Shown: positions 40,215 through 54,058 of the stretch, one piece after another
Position numbering within the stretch: the first letter of the stretch is position 1
Layout of the letters: each line of letters begins with the position of its first letter
DNA from: Phoronis australis
Lineage: Eukaryota > Animalia > Phoronida
Direction: 5' to 3'
NCBI GenBank assembly: GCA_002633005.1
Contig: NMRA01000851.1
Location: forward strand, 16,093 to 80,092
DNA: 64,000 bases
The notes under the pieces: model-generated
Databases searched by the model: none
What the model saw: the letters and a program-made list of their open reading frames with translations, nothing else
What the model was told of the DNA's origin: nothing
Program-made: the position numbers and the translations under genes

Positions 40215-40513
40215 TTGGGTGGTCAGCCGCAAACGCTACTTCATAATGTTCGTCCCTGCAGTTACGCTGTCGTTTGAACTTCACCCTGTCCCTGTACAAT
40301 TTATGGACACAATAGCATGTTTTGTCTCCTCTGTGGAAAACAGCGTACAGCCGTTTATAACCTGCTCCAACTTTGCATTCCAGGGCGCATTCGGCGAGTG
40401 TCGATGTTCCAGGTCGCTTTTTCCATCTCTGGCCAGGTAACGTTAACGTGTAACAACCTAAAGCTGCCAATTTATTACTCGATATAGAGTGAAACTCACT
40501 GTCAGTAACGGAC
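40215..40513 (-). CDS. WSC-like domain exon, connection to the gene unclear
   Basis: Open frame LGCY..TLAECALEC..YA..TCYC..NC..YEV, with a gtgagt phase-1 donor. The acceptor is either gtgcag (40513, phase 2) or ggcag (40463, phase 1). Confidence 0.65.
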
Positions 40514-42079
40514 CTGCACACAGCAGAGGGTCATGTTTCATAGACTATACTTTCTATGGACTATAGACAAACTAACTCGCTGAAAACAAACAAACTCGCA
40601 GTCGTTTTCAAGATCTGAAAACAAACCATTTACCTTGTTTACGAATCGCTTCTAAGGCCAGTTCCAAATAATTTATCAAAGAAGTTGTGCATGTAGGGAT
40701 TGTTATAACACCCTATCGACCCCAAACTCCACGATCCCCTCGGCCCACGGCGAGCAACACCCTCGATCATGTGTTAACCAGCTCGACACAATCTGAACAT
40801 AGAACGCGCGCTGACTTGCAGGGCTAACGAGTCTGACCGTGAGCTCGGCCGGCTTTCCTTGCTTTTTTGCAATTAAGAGAGTAGACGCGACAAGTTTGAA
40901 AGCCAAAAAACATTACGCCCGCTCCCAATCCGCTATTTCAGATCATCTGATTACACAACTTTCTGTTTTAACCACTAGACTTGAGCCACAGCAGATTCGC
41001 GGTTAGGTACAGTACATGGAAGTCTGACTACATGTACATGTATAGAGTCACTTAACAACGTAATATGATAGTGAAATGTGTAAAAAGCGCAGATACATGT
41101 ACAATTCATTGCCGGAGGTCGTCGGTGTAGGAGGTTGTGGCTCTTGGGCTTATCGGTCGAGGGGGTCGTGGGTAGAGGGGTTTTGAGAACTATCTTACAC
41201 ATAGGGACATATATCGTTTTGTTTAACAGTTCTGACAATGGATAACGGAAGATCAGGTGCCCAGGGTAAATAAAATCATTTTATTAGTTCTGTTGTTGTT
41301 ATCGGGTCAAAATCTTTCCATGAAAACATACCCGGTAACCAAAAACATGTGGCCTGTGATAATTAAGACAGGAGTAACTGAAATGTAAGCCTGATGTTGT
41401 GTTGTCCGCTACATTGTCAGATCTCCGAAAACACATTCAAAGTAATCGCGAAGAGGGTTAAAAGGCCAAAATTATTGTTTTTGTGAGAAACGATAAGAGT
41501 TAGATTATCTAAATAACAATCAAAACCACTTTAATAGTGCCTGCACGGAAGAATCAGGCACAATGCAATAATCTGGAAACATCACTTGTCGCGAAGTTTG
41601 AAATTGGTATCTCACGGGTTGCCCAAGCTCCAAACAATTGAAAATTTGTTCAGGACTCTATTAAAGAATAAAGAAAACTAGCAATTCGCTTCAACTGTGT
41701 CGCCAGTTATGATCAGATAATTCATGTTCCAGTTTTAATAAAAGACTTTAAAGAGTTACCACCATGGCCCTGTGTCTAAAAGAACTTTTGTTACCGTGTG
41801 ACTTTTAATTACATGTATGTCGCTAAGCTAGTTACTTAATCTATGTTCAGTTGAGAGTAGAGATTTATTCCGCAGGTACATGTATGAACGTAACGGAATA
41901 AAGGCTGTGGACAATGAAAAGTGTTTTGCGTTTAACCAATTCGTGTTACTAAACAAACCAAATGTGTTTTGATATAATCGGGGTTGTACGTAATGGGTGG
42001 AAGATCGTCTCCGCCGTTGTTTTTACCCGTGCGGAACTTAGGAGTTGTGAGGGAAGTCTGTGGAGAGCCACCTTTTTCA

Positions 42080-42345
42080 GACATGAAAAGGTGCCTTTGT
42101 GGAGGAAGACTGAGAACGCCTCTGTGTTCGAATTGACGTGAAAGTTGCACAGGAATGGCATCGGTTTGTGCGCCGTACGAGATTGTGGAATGACAATGTG
42201 GAACAAACGATTCAAGTCGGTCGGTAGCCACACTTTGTTCGGCATATTTCAGTCGAGGACTTGTGTTTCGACCAAACACAAAAGAGGCCTTACAATGAAG
42301 GACAAACTGCTTCCAAGTGATGCCAGGCAATCTACCCCGTCCCAG
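42080..42345 (+). mobile_element. Degraded THAP domain (DNA transposon remnant)
   Basis: Frameshifted pieces MKRCLCGG, EWHRFVRRTRLW, LCSAYF and KLLPSDA, in THAP order. Confidence 0.45.
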
Positions 42346-44952
42346 ATCGAGTGCTGTAACACGTACATGTACATGTAGGCTTATTCAGTGTGTTTAGACG
42401 GTGCTAATTCCATCAAGCCAACATTTAATACGACTGACCCAGGTTTAATGTGTCCTCAATCAGTGATTATTCAGTGAGAATATTGACCAACCCTTGGTTC
42501 AGTTGGTTGTGGCTCAGATACATGTATGCCTGCTGCATTCTCGTGCAAGTGGGCCTCTCGTTCATGTGGCCTCAAAGCATACGAAAGTTGGCCAGGAATT
42601 CGAATTCATTGTCTGATTCTTCTAGATATACTGTAGTACTTGAGTGTGATGGCCGCATTCACCAGGGGATTTACATCAAACTGTTACCAAACATTGATTG
42701 ACAAAAAACTTAAGGATTACCGGATATATCGTGCCGGTAAAAATATTTAATTGCATATGTTATGTCTAGTTAATGTGGACTGTTCATTGGTCAGTTGCAT
42801 AAGTCAATAAATGAAAACCGACCTCCTATTTTATAAAGACCTGGGTATTCATCAACTAAGTCGTTCGCAGAATATTCAAACAACATTACCCAATTAGATT
42901 CATCATTGTTTTTAAACAGTTTGAACCCCAGAGCTGTCCTATGATAGGGGGTGGTGAGGGCAGGCCTGTAAACCGAACTCCTCCCCCTGCCGAAAGGATC
43001 CAACCCCAGCCCGGCTATCCGCTGCCGTAAGGTGTAGTTCAACAACAACAAAGATGTTTTCGTTTTGTATACATAACTTCCCTGCACTTCCCGTTGTTCA
43101 AAACCAGACTTTAAGCCGCATTTTCCTGCAGAAAACTCCAACATGTCAAAAGCTGCTAGTTTACAGTATTCTTAAACAAGTAGGAATAGGCCTATCAACA
43201 AATCTTTGGCAAATAAAAACAGACTTCTCATGTTGACAGGGAATTAGTATGGAGGCCGACCTTGCAAGCTTCATACTAGCAAAAGACTCGACGGAAGAAT
43301 TGTCTAACGCTAGAATTCTGGAAAAGGATACTGAAGTGGTTTTAGACAGAAAGGTGAACGTACACTTTAAGGAAAATGGGAACAACCCCATGGCAAAAGA
43401 TCAAGCGATTATCGATGCTTTCTCCATTGTAATGCATGGAGTGGTGACTCTGAAAGATTGGCAGAAGATAACGGTTATCCAGAAAAGTATACCTGTAACG
43501 ATACTTTTACATGCGCAGCATTGGAAAATGAAGAACGTCATCTATAATTCGGCTTTAGTTCAAAGTGAAATTTGGGACAACATGTCTAACAAACCGACAT
43601 TGTAAAGGAAATAAAATATGTTATTGCTGCTGAAGTTAGGTCCAACAAGGAAGAACTATCCCATACCCTTGCTCAAACAAGTAGTAAATGCCAACGACGT
43701 CCGACAAAAATACATAGCAGTAGCGTTCAGAGTTTTCTTACAACTCACTTTCTATTCAAATGCCTGCATCCTAGTTCTAGGAAAAGTAAAAAAAATGAAA
43801 CATATTTAATTTAACTGCAAATCAGTCACAATTTCAAAAACGTTATATATATGTATTCATTGGATGGCCCCTCATGTGAATGGCCCGGGCCGTCGTCCCG
43901 TCACCCCCTGTCCTTCCGCAATCTACTGGTTGCAAGTAATAATCTTTCGCGGAATACAGCGGACAAGCTTGTAGTTGAATGCATTAGGAACTCCCTTGGT
44001 GTCGACGTTGCCAACTGCCCAGGCCAAAGATATTTATAAATCTGAATCAAATGCACGTGTAATGTAAGTGATGAACAGAATGGCGTTCAGGCACTCCTGC
44101 ACGCTTATGTTTAAAGAATACGAATCTGTAGACCCTCTTCTCATGTGCGCCTTACTCGTTGTGCTGGGGCAAGCCACGAAGCATACATCTTCATGGGAGC
44201 AGGTTTGAGTGGAGTCTCACTGAAACTGACGCGTGCTGCGTTTCCCACTTTCCCTTATGTATTGATAACTTAATGAGACTTTGCCTGCACAAGGTTGCTT
44301 CCGAAAAAGTACAGGGTCAACGTCAATTTTTCGAAATGTCATCAAGAGGTCTACTGTTTTAGAAACGCGTGCCACCTTTGCGTAACCCTGACTACTGGAC
44401 TGCATTTCTCCAAGTCAAGTGGGTATTTTGCTCTTTCATTTATTGCTTCTATTTAATCCGACTTCTTGATATAATTTTGGATGAAAAAACGAAAGAAACA
44501 AGACAATTCGTTATTTAGTATTTTCTCGGCTATCTTCCTAGTAGAAAGAACATAACCTTGTCTTGAAACATTACGCTCTATTTACCGGAGAAACAAATTA
44601 AACGGTGCACAGAAAATTAGCCATATCAGACAAAATTTCTCAAAAACAAAATGCAGGGAACGTGTGAAACAGATTTTCTCTAGTTGGGGTCGTTTCATAA
44701 TCTGAAGCCCAGCTCATGCACCCCGTATAGCTCACGTGGTTTTGAAATCAAACACATGGTAGCATTGTGTTTTGACAAGAAAAGTTTCCAAATGCGGAAT
44801 TCAGACTGACGATTTTGGTTTTGTATCCAGCGCAAGGTTAACTTTCAGACAATTTACCTAATTCAAGTATGTTTATTGACTAACGAGCAATTTTAGTTAT
44901 TTTGTTGTGAAAAACACGACTAGGGGATCGCCTGCATTCCACCGTACATTAA

Positions 44953-45735
44953 AGGAGAGGCAACATTTTCCACATGATTTAGCAAAAATAAGGTTCATTC
45001 ATTATCCCAGACATAAGTTTCACGTAATTACAGTTTTTCACAACTAATTTTATAATTCGTCCTCTATTCCGGAAGGACCTCGCTAAAAAGCAAGACTTCG
45101 CGAGATTAAGTGAGATATTGCCGTGTATTTTAAATGAAAACACGTGACTTTGACTAGGTTTTAGCTACTGTATGTCCTAGCGTAGGTCCTAGCGTCTACT
45201 GAACGCACGCAACGCCTGCTAGACACCGAATGAAGAGGACAGTTTGTCGTGCAATGAACAGATCGGTGAGCCAAACATTGATAAATTTATTGAGGACTTC
45301 TCTAAAGTATTGGAGCTATTTAGAAGGTCCCAGGTGGGTAGCGAGGGAGTCACACAGCGGAATGTAAGCAGTTTGTGTGCTCAGGTAATCATCCAGTGGG
45401 GGAGTATTGCGGGACACTAGGGCAAGTGGGACAGTTGTTCCTCTATCTGTGAGACGACAATGAGTACATCCCAGCACGCAGCAACTGTGTGGCAAGTTGA
45501 CTGACTTGTAAACAAAATGAAACGACGACCGAACTTATCACAACCGGCAGCTCTCACAATTGGTCTTCATGAAAAGAAATTGGCGCGAAATTCTTGCCTC
45601 CCTAATCGCCACTTCCGGAGTAGCAAACGAGTAATTGTATCAATGACAAAACGCTGTAATTACCTGAAAAATATGTCTGGGATAATCAACGAACCTTATT
45701 TTGGTAAAATGTCATTTAAACTGTTGCCTTCGCCT
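44953..45735. mobile_element. Kolobok-like non-autonomous element related to 58848-60103
   Basis: ttaa|aggagaggcaac ... gttgccttcgcct|ttaa with ~130-bp imperfect TIRs. The internal segment is homologous to ~59640-60103. Confidence 0.82.
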
Positions 45736-47145
45736 TTAAGTGACAGTGGCTATATTTAGTTGGTGGCCACGGGCGGTGCAGGCTACGATTCAAACAAATA
45801 TTCACACCAACTGATACCCAAAAAAACTCTTTCAGAAATTTTATGTGTGTATTCTGAGGCACGTTTGTCACTCTGTACACATACGCTTGATCGTTGCATA
45901 TATTCTTTGCGCCAAAATCCCGGGCTTCACGAAACAAGGTTAAAAGATCTTTGAAATAAAGAACTTGCCACATAATTTATATCATTTTGTTGCGTACCCT
46001 GAGTAATCTACAAGTACGATACAAAGATTCAGCACTTATTTAAATGTTTCTAAAATTGGGGTCATCATTCATCAGATTTAGTCCCCAAAATATAAGAAGG
46101 TCAATTTTACTCAAACCATGATTTTCCAAACCTAACGAACATTTGAATTATTAATCATTCCTTATGTAAAAAATAGTGAAACGAAATGTTCCCAAAAGTT
46201 GCCATTTCATGCAGTCACTATTAAGGCTATGCAGGGTCATGGAAAATGTTCACTTGGAACATTATATCTCAAAAGCGGCTGAACAATTTTATGCAAAATT
46301 ATTCTAGACACTGCTAGGCATTGTACGTTCTGTTCTTACATGTACATGAGGGGTGTCAAAATTCTTTTATGATTTTAATTAAAAAATCTTGCACTGCATT
46401 AAACGTAAACGAAACGATAATTTAGAAAAAAATATCGTGCTACTGAGTCTGTTATTTTGCTGTCAGTGTAACTTTCCTTTTTCGCAATATTATGCAAAAA
46501 GTCACGATTGCCTGACCATATTGATGACAGTTTGGTAAAGACTCGGCAATCAAACTCAATCAGTGCCAAGATTTTTCCTCAGACGGTTGAGCGACCCGAA
46601 TCTTACTCACTACGTCAGGAAGGATCAGCCTTCGGTCTGGCACCAACAGTCGATGTTTTGAGACCGATTACTCAGGGTAGTACATTTATCATATGCTCAA
46701 ATTCGTTGATGCTCTCCAATGCTAAATCTTAAATTTGCGCTTCACAGGCGCACGCGACTACATGTAAGTTGTTTTCGCATTCGTATTTAAAGGAAATTTA
46801 AATACGTTTCAGCAAATTCAAATGAAAGAAAAAGCCTTACTGTGAGAAAAGTTACAATAATATGAAGAGTGGAAGTCACGAAGTTGGTACTTAGCGTTTT
46901 GCTAGTAAACTGCTTTGTTTTGAAACTTGGTACCCCAGATGTTCATTTTGAGTTACTGAATTAGGCACAGCACCATGATCCAGAGAGAAATTTCTTAACC
47001 TAAAACAGCTGTTTTGACCTCAAGAGAAAACTTGACTTGAGTCTTTCTAATTTCAGAAACCATATACTGTACCTTTTGCTGAGTTGAAATCAACACTTTT
47101 GTAGTTATTTGGCTGAATACCGGGTTTGGTTGTTTATATACTCAC

Positions 47146-47406
47146 GTTTGGGAGAAGTATCCGGTGTAAGTATTTGAACGCTGTGGACCGTGAAGGGATA
47201 ATCATGGAAGAGGACTTTCCACCACAACGGTTCCTTGCTTTCTTCGCTTAGGCGGAAATGGTTCAAACAGTAGTACCCATACCTTTCGTCTCGGTCGTTA
47301 GGCCAAACACCGTCATTGGCTACCATAACGTTTTTTCTTCCAAAGTGATTTTTTTCGTCTTCTTTGTGGGACGACATACTTGATTTCTTGTACACCGCCA
47401 TGTTAC
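47146..47406 (-). CDS. F-type lectin domain 1, N-terminal half exon
   Basis: 261 nt, phase 1-1, ttttgctcag/gtgagt. NMAVYKKSSMSS...ANDG...CLNH...PLWWKV...VHSVQI. Confidence 0.87.
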
Positions 47407-47646
47407 CTGAGCAAAACAGGTTACATTTCAATAGCTTTCGTAGGGAATAACGTTTGGTTGAGATGGATTAACGTAAATAAAGTGTCTCAGTCTACCTGCT
47501 CCTTGACAAGACGAGCTGTGATATTTGCCCATAGAAAAGAATGACTGTTCTGATCAACATTTGACAGCATGCTATGTCTGTGACGCAATTTCTTCCATTT
47601 CTGGGATAATTGCTGATATCAGGACGAATTCTTAATCACCAGGTAG

Positions 47647-47691
47647 TGTGTGTGTATGTGTGTGTGTGTCTGTGTGTGTGTGTGTCTGTGT
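47647..47691 (+). repeat. (TG)n microsatellite
   Basis: Direct reading. Confidence 0.95.
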
Positions 47692-47797
47692 TGGTGTGGA
47701 CTTAATACATGTAGGTAAGCGTAGCATACCATGTAGGGGTAGCATTTCTACAGAGTGACCTGCCACCGCACATGCATTTACGAAGACAGTACGTCAC

Positions 47798-48058
47798 CTT
47801 TATAATATTTAGCAAGCATGACGTACGAAAAGCCAAGACCTCCACAATTTTCCTCCCAGTTCCCACTACATTTGCTTATACAAGGACCGTCGTCGTTTAG
47901 CTTGTTCGAAGTGGAAACAGCGTAGCCACATGTGCACATGCTTCCAAAAGAGACAGCAGCCCATCGCCAAAAATTTTCCGTGCAGAGTGCTCTGCATTCG
48001 GACATCGTACTGACGTCACGCATTCTATCCGACAAACTACCTGTGTAGCAGCCTTCGT
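47798..48058 (-). CDS. WSC domain exon
   Basis: 261 nt, phase 1-1, atttcag/gtgacg. EGCY..TMSECRALC..AAV..GSMCTCG..C..KCSGN..ENCGG, with eight cysteines. Confidence 0.92.
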
Positions 48059-48228
48059 CTGAAATGAATGCCAGTTAAGAATATTACGCGAACGTATTCT
48101 ATTACAAAGCTGAAGCAAGCAATCAATACCACCCTTTAGGACCCAGGACAGCCGCAGTTGGGTACTTCAGAGTAGATCGCAAAAGAGAAAGGAGAGGGAG
48201 AAAAGGGGATGTAGAAGGGGGGAAATGG

Positions 48229-48272
48229 GGAGAGAGAGAGAGAGAGGGAGAGAGAGAGAGAGAGAGAGTAAG
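48229..48272 (+). repeat. (AG)n microsatellite abutting a gap
   Basis: Direct reading. Confidence 0.9.
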
Positions 48273-50737
48273 NNNNNNNNNNNNNNNNNNNNNNNNNNNN
48301 NNNNNNNNNNNNNNNNNNNNNNNNNNNNNNNNNNNNNNNNNNNNNNNNNNNNNNNNNNNNNNNNNNNNNNNNNNNNNNNNNNNNNNNNNNNNNNNNNNNN
48401 NNNNNNNNNNNNNNNNNNNNNNNNNNNNNNNNNNNNNNNNNNNNNNNNNNNNNNNNNNNNNNNNNNNNNNNNNNNNNNNNNNNNNNNNNNNNNNNNNNNN
48501 NNNNNNNNNNNNNNNNNNNNNNNNGGTCTGATGTCATTTGCGGTTCACCAGACGTGCACAGGCCTCATGGTTGGGCCCATTGCACAAAACACCTGAGCAA
48601 AAGCACGAGACCTCAATTATGGCTCCTCGTGAGGGAGGGAGAAAAAGAGAGAGAAATAGAAAGAGAGGGATTGGGAGCAGAGAGGGAGAGAGTGGGGGGA
48701 AAGGGAAGGAGAGAAGGAAAGGGCTGTTGGGCTCAGAACACGCAGTCATTATTTCGAGATTTCGAGTTCGGGTTTTAGCAAAAATGTTTAAACCCCGGTC
48801 CTCGGTAAAATTGAATCAATACAGTAGAACCAATGGATGTTTGGTTTAAGGCAAAGGCCTACGCAGTGTGACATAGAGTCGCATGTGAAATGATAGTTTC
48901 TAGTCATCTTCTCAAGTAAACGTGACCCAACTACATGTACATTGTATCATCAAAATACAAATAAAACCTTATTTAGTGATGCAAGGCCAAGACTATTCTA
49001 AAAACCGTGTTTCAAGGAACGACTCGTTTACGGTTTTATGAATTGGCAACAGGTGGCGAAAACGTAGCTTCTACGCTACCAATGTCAAAATGGATTTGAT
49101 TTCTGCTTAAGGTAAGATCGAAGACAAAAATCAGGAAACAATATTTCAGAATTTCCGTTTTCCGTCTTAATTCAAACCGAATTCCAGTCTGAACATTGAC
49201 AAATTTTGGTCATGAAAATTTCAATAGGTATTACCAGAGAAAATCTGCAAACTTTCAAGGTAGCATGTCAAAACTTTTTAACTTTTGTCCCTATAAATTC
49301 CCTCAGTGACCAAAATCTTGAAGAAAAGCTCAAAATTGTTTCAGTATGAGTTTTACCCACATCCACCCACTCACACAATACATACAATTCACATCAAATT
49401 TCATAGCAACTTTCCTACGCTGATGGTGAGATACATGTGTGCAGAGGTGAGATTAAAGCTCATTTGTACCGGGGTAGGATTTTGAAGGTGTAAGCTACAG
49501 ACAGGACGATTTTCAGAACATCGGCCCTGATTTATGCGATATCACGCCGTAGCCTTTATTAAGTTGTTCCATTTTGTTGTTTGTACCACCAGTTTTCCAA
49601 ATAAACCAGCTTTGATTCCTAAGGAAGCATTGAAATATCATAATCTCGGGTCAACGACCCATCTTTCTACACATAAGTACAACGTGAATTATTTCTAGTA
49701 TCCTCAAACGTAATTTTGTCAGGTGACAACGCATAACTGATGCAGAAAGTAAATAGAGGTTAATTCACCTATGCTGAAACAGAATAGCGTGATGGAAAGC
49801 GCAGTCTTGTTTGCGGGCGAAACCTTACAATTGGTGTTAAAAGCTTTTACCATTCTGAAATAATACAAACTCGGGATTACGAATATACTGCTAGTAATAA
49901 ATAAGGGTACTAACGCATAACTCAGCAATAAGATTGGCACAAGGTTTTTGCAGTAAAATTGAGACGAACCCATGATTTACATTTGTCATGTCTCAAGTTG
50001 TCACTTTCATCGCCGTGCTCCGTGACTACCAGTCCACCAGTTCGACATGGGCAATAGCAGAAAGTCAGCCAGAGGATGTTTGTCAGTATTCAATGTTTTT
50101 AAAGAACGCTGTCAAACTATTGCCACGAAGATGCCCCAATTCACGATTTATGTTTCTTGTTTTCGTTTTTGTGGGTCGTCTTGTAAATGGCCTACGTGAA
50201 TTACATGTATCTAAAAATAAACAAATCGCCGATCTCCAGAATGAATTTGGCTAATTTGGAGGACCCTTTCCCCAATACTTTTGCGTTAAGTCATTATGCT
50301 CGGTCGTCTGGACACGAAGTTTTCACGAGTCATGAGGAACAACTTGATCGACTACATGTTAAGTTTTTGTTAGGCGAAGTGTTGAACACATGGTCTATTT
50401 GCAAAGCGAATATCTACTTGAAATTAAAAACGAACAACAAGAATCTAATCAAAATGTGTCGATGGTTATGTCGTTGTCAAATGACAGGAGCCTGGACGGC
50501 CGTTTCCCTAATTTAATGCACACGCAAACACTAGCTTGACCGATGAAAACGGAACGAGGGTTGGTTCTCTTATCGTTTTGAATATGCTGGTCAGTTTTTA
50601 CAAAAAAAAAATCGACTCAAAATGTCTTATTAGGTTGTTTTTTAACACGAAAGAGTGCATACGAATATTTTTGGTGACTGGCGACGACAGTCTTCATATG
50701 CTATGAGTGAAACTTCGAAAGAAAAAATCGAGGCCGT

Positions 50738-51663
50738 GTGACAGCATGCTAATTCAGTGTTCGCTGACAGAAAGCTGTTGTGAATCAATTACTCGATTTC
50801 AGTGTTATGGTCACACGTTAGGGGAATCTTTATTTAGAAATACGAATTCAGTATTCAAATCATTGTTATTGTACAACCTTTGCCCTGACGGTCTGTGGAA
50901 GGGGAACCCGTCTTCGCCGCGGCCACGGACAAGTAAGTAATTTTTCAGTTTCGTCGCTAACTCACCTCAATAATTACGTGAACATTATTTCTTTTGCTCA
51001 CTATTATAGTCTTTTCGTGACTGGAGGTTTTGTTTCCACATAAGCTGGTTTCTGTTCGTGCCAGTCCCGGCGGCCACGATGGGCCTGATCGAGCTCCGAG
51101 CCTCCGGCCGGGATAACGAGTCAGTTTGGCCGCGGTGACGGGGGACCTGATCGGGTTCCGAGCGACTGGCCGGTATAACAAGCGTTTTGTGTGTTTAGAA
51201 CTCAAAAAATCACAATTATAAACAACACAAATCTGGGTTCTCCTGTCTGTATTTCACGGAAGAATACTTCGAATTTATCTCCGAACAGACCCCAAACTCC
51301 TGGCGTGCTACGGACCTTGGTAAATTGGCCTGCCGAACTGTGTAGGCTACGGTGTGTCCAAATACCAGTAAATCCGTAACAGCGAAATAAAACAACACGT
51401 TTTTATAAGAACTCGTTGTATTTTTAAGGGACTTAAAATCGAAGTTTGATGATTTATTGGTGTTAAACGATAGGCTGACACCACTAACCCGTGTTGTGAA
51501 CTGCTGAACAGACTGCGTGTGAAATCAATTACGTCATTGAAAAGTTTCAACACCTCCGTCTGCCGTCAGGTGTCAGGTAACGCAACCGAACCTGCCGTTA
51601 TCGAGTAGAACTACTCGATTTAAATTGATACAAAATACGTTGTTTTTTGGGTGTCATTCTCTT
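50738..51663 (+). mobile_element. Right part of a second copy of the 33998-35596 Kolobok-like element
   Basis: Homologous to ~34720-35596 and ends gtgtcattctctt|ttaa. Has an internal ~75-bp tandem duplication at 51080-51180. The left end was not found. Confidence 0.75.
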
Positions 51664-53928
51664 TTAACTAAAATGAAAAGTAATGCCTTATGCACGACTT
51701 GACTGGTTCCTGTAGTTGTAGAAGTTGTAGGCATAACACTGCTACTCCCTGATTTCCTGACTGGCGCCGTAGATCTCTCGATGTTTTCCACCATTTTTGT
51801 CATGTGTAACACTCTCAAATATGGCGTCATATTGCCAGAACGAGCAACATGTATGTGAGTCCCGCGCGCCCGGTCTATAGTATTATGATGTCTATGGAAA
51901 TTGCTGGGTACTCTTAGGATGATTAGGATTGATTGTCCAGGATCCTGACGGACCTTATTCTATACAATGTAACAGAATCAAATAAGTATCAGTTTGAAAA
52001 TACTTTTCTTGTGAGTCTCACCTTCAAAGAAAATGTTTAAGTCAGCAAAACTATTACTTTCCATTTACACGCCCCCTTTTTCCGAATAAACGTCAGGGCG
52101 TTTATTACGTGTTTCTAAAACGCTTGAAAAACTCGAGTCTATGGGCTCATCTGCAGAAAATCCCGGTACACACATGACATATATTAGAAAGACACAATTC
52201 AATTGGATCTCCACTTAACTATGAAAAAATTTTAGGGTAATGTTGTTTATGACCGTCATCTCAGCTATTAAAATAAGTCTGATTTAACCTTACTCAGCTA
52301 AAATGTCTCAGTGTTTTCGGAAAATCGTTCTTTGAACTTAGACTAAATCACCTTTTGTCCACCGCATTTTACTGCACTCAATAAGAGAAAGGTAAAAACG
52401 TCGTAAAAACTGTCTTCGAAGGATGCAGCTAGACCAGTAACAATTGTATCCACATTGTTTCAGCCACGGCTTCTATATTGTGAATTAAGTGATCCATGAA
52501 ATTAGATTATACACCCTGCTGGAAACTACATCTCAATGAATACATCAAAGGTTGGGGAATTGTTGACAAAATCGCAATTATATGACAAATTTTGAAAATT
52601 CAAGAACCCACTTAGTGTAATTTTACCCATCATTTCTGATGTTACAGTCTAGATTCCAGCGGTTTTAATGACACAATGAAAATGGAAAATAAAGCCCAAA
52701 TGCTTTCAAGCCATTTTGGATATGCTGAGGTAAGAAACAGTAATTACCCTAAATACGAGATCTACTGAAGTTAAACCCTCTGCTTGTAGCTATCCCTCTA
52801 TTGCGAAAGGGTGTGGATAAAACTGGTCCAGTTGACCACGTGACATTGGTTAAATGTACAAGACGTTTACAGCATGAACAATAGTAATGAGGAAAAGGGA
52901 AGCCCTTAATACTGTTACTTGCTTGAAATGCAATTATTTGTAAAGACCAAATGGTTTTAACACCTCTTGAAAATACTCACACAGTGCATCAACTTCAGCT
53001 AATGACACTTCCATTTTCGAGTCAATTTTCTCATAATCAACGCTTTTTCTTTTCAAAAACTGAACCGTCAATCAAAATCTGGCACCGTGACCACCTATAT
53101 AATGTTGCAATATCACAAACAAATGATAAACTCTAATCGTGCAAATGCATCTACCAACAATTCTAGGATTTGCAGATTGTACATGTACCAAAAGCCTGTT
53201 TTAGTCACGTTAAATAAAACCGATCCTGCTAAGTACACGATATGAAACACTATAAAAAAAACAATTATGTAGGCCTATTGGTCAATTCCGAAGCAACATG
53301 ATATATTCATTATTCTGCAACAAATTTAATTAAGTAAATAACGCAAGATAACCAAGCTTTCTAGTACTGCCACAGCTAATAGCAGAGATAGTCGTCCAAC
53401 TAACAGAAAGAACTAAAGTTCATAGTCAAATGACGCCTTTGTCCTTTCTAGTACTCAAGCAATGGAAGGAAACAGCATGAAACTGTACATGTATGCCAGA
53501 CCTACAGTGTATACTCAAATACGTATGATTCAAAGAAAGTGTTCAGCTACAACGTTTCGCGATCCGTTCTCCACCATTGGCTGTACTTGTTTGACTTCGC
53601 CGGTTCCACAGGATCAACAGCGTAAGTTAGCTAATCGGTGTCCGGTGGAGACTTGCTACTTACGCATCGCCGCTGTGTACGTGGGACTTCTCCAAGGAGT
53701 AACAATTGCTTTTTCGTCTGCGCATATGAGATTTCTAAACAGACGCTTATTTGAGGGGAGGACATTATCTGTCCACTCCGTCAATGTGGCTTCACATCAG
53801 GGTCCAACAAATCATTTGATCTTCAAACAACGAATGATGCATACAAGGTTCTAGTGTTCTTAGTTAATTCCGTTTAAATTGCTCGAAATAATCAACGTGA
53901 TATAATAGTCATGATATAGAATACTTAC

Positions 53929-54003
53929 AATCGGTTTTCCCAGAGGCGCCGGAGACGATTTTACAGGTCATGGAGAAGATCCCTGCAAATAACCACCAAT
54001 GTG
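53929..54003 (-). CDS. Probable signal-peptide exon of mosaic receptor
   Basis: tttttatatttcag acceptor, gtaagt donor, 75 nt, phase 1-1. HWWLFAGIFSMTCKIVSGASGKTD. Splicing to 48058 gives TD-Y-EGCY, the usual WSC start. Confidence 0.6.
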
Positions 54004-54058
54004 CTGAAATATAAAAAACGTAGCAATACAACAGGGACACTCGAATCTCTGTATATAC

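Noticed and set aside
43249-43809. 118-aa and 63-aa plus-strand ORFs as a host gene
   Set aside because: Broken frames, no splice structure and no motif I can name. Probably decayed TE coding sequence.
44221-44353. Phase 1-2 candidate exon that could link 47146 to 40513
   Set aside because: The translation has no recognisable domain and would leave the FTP domain incomplete.
53664-53790. Candidate exon with gtaagt donor (…TPWRSPTYTAAM)
   Set aside because: No good acceptor and an upstream in-frame stop. The direct 53929>48058 splice already gives the WSC start. Not fully excluded.
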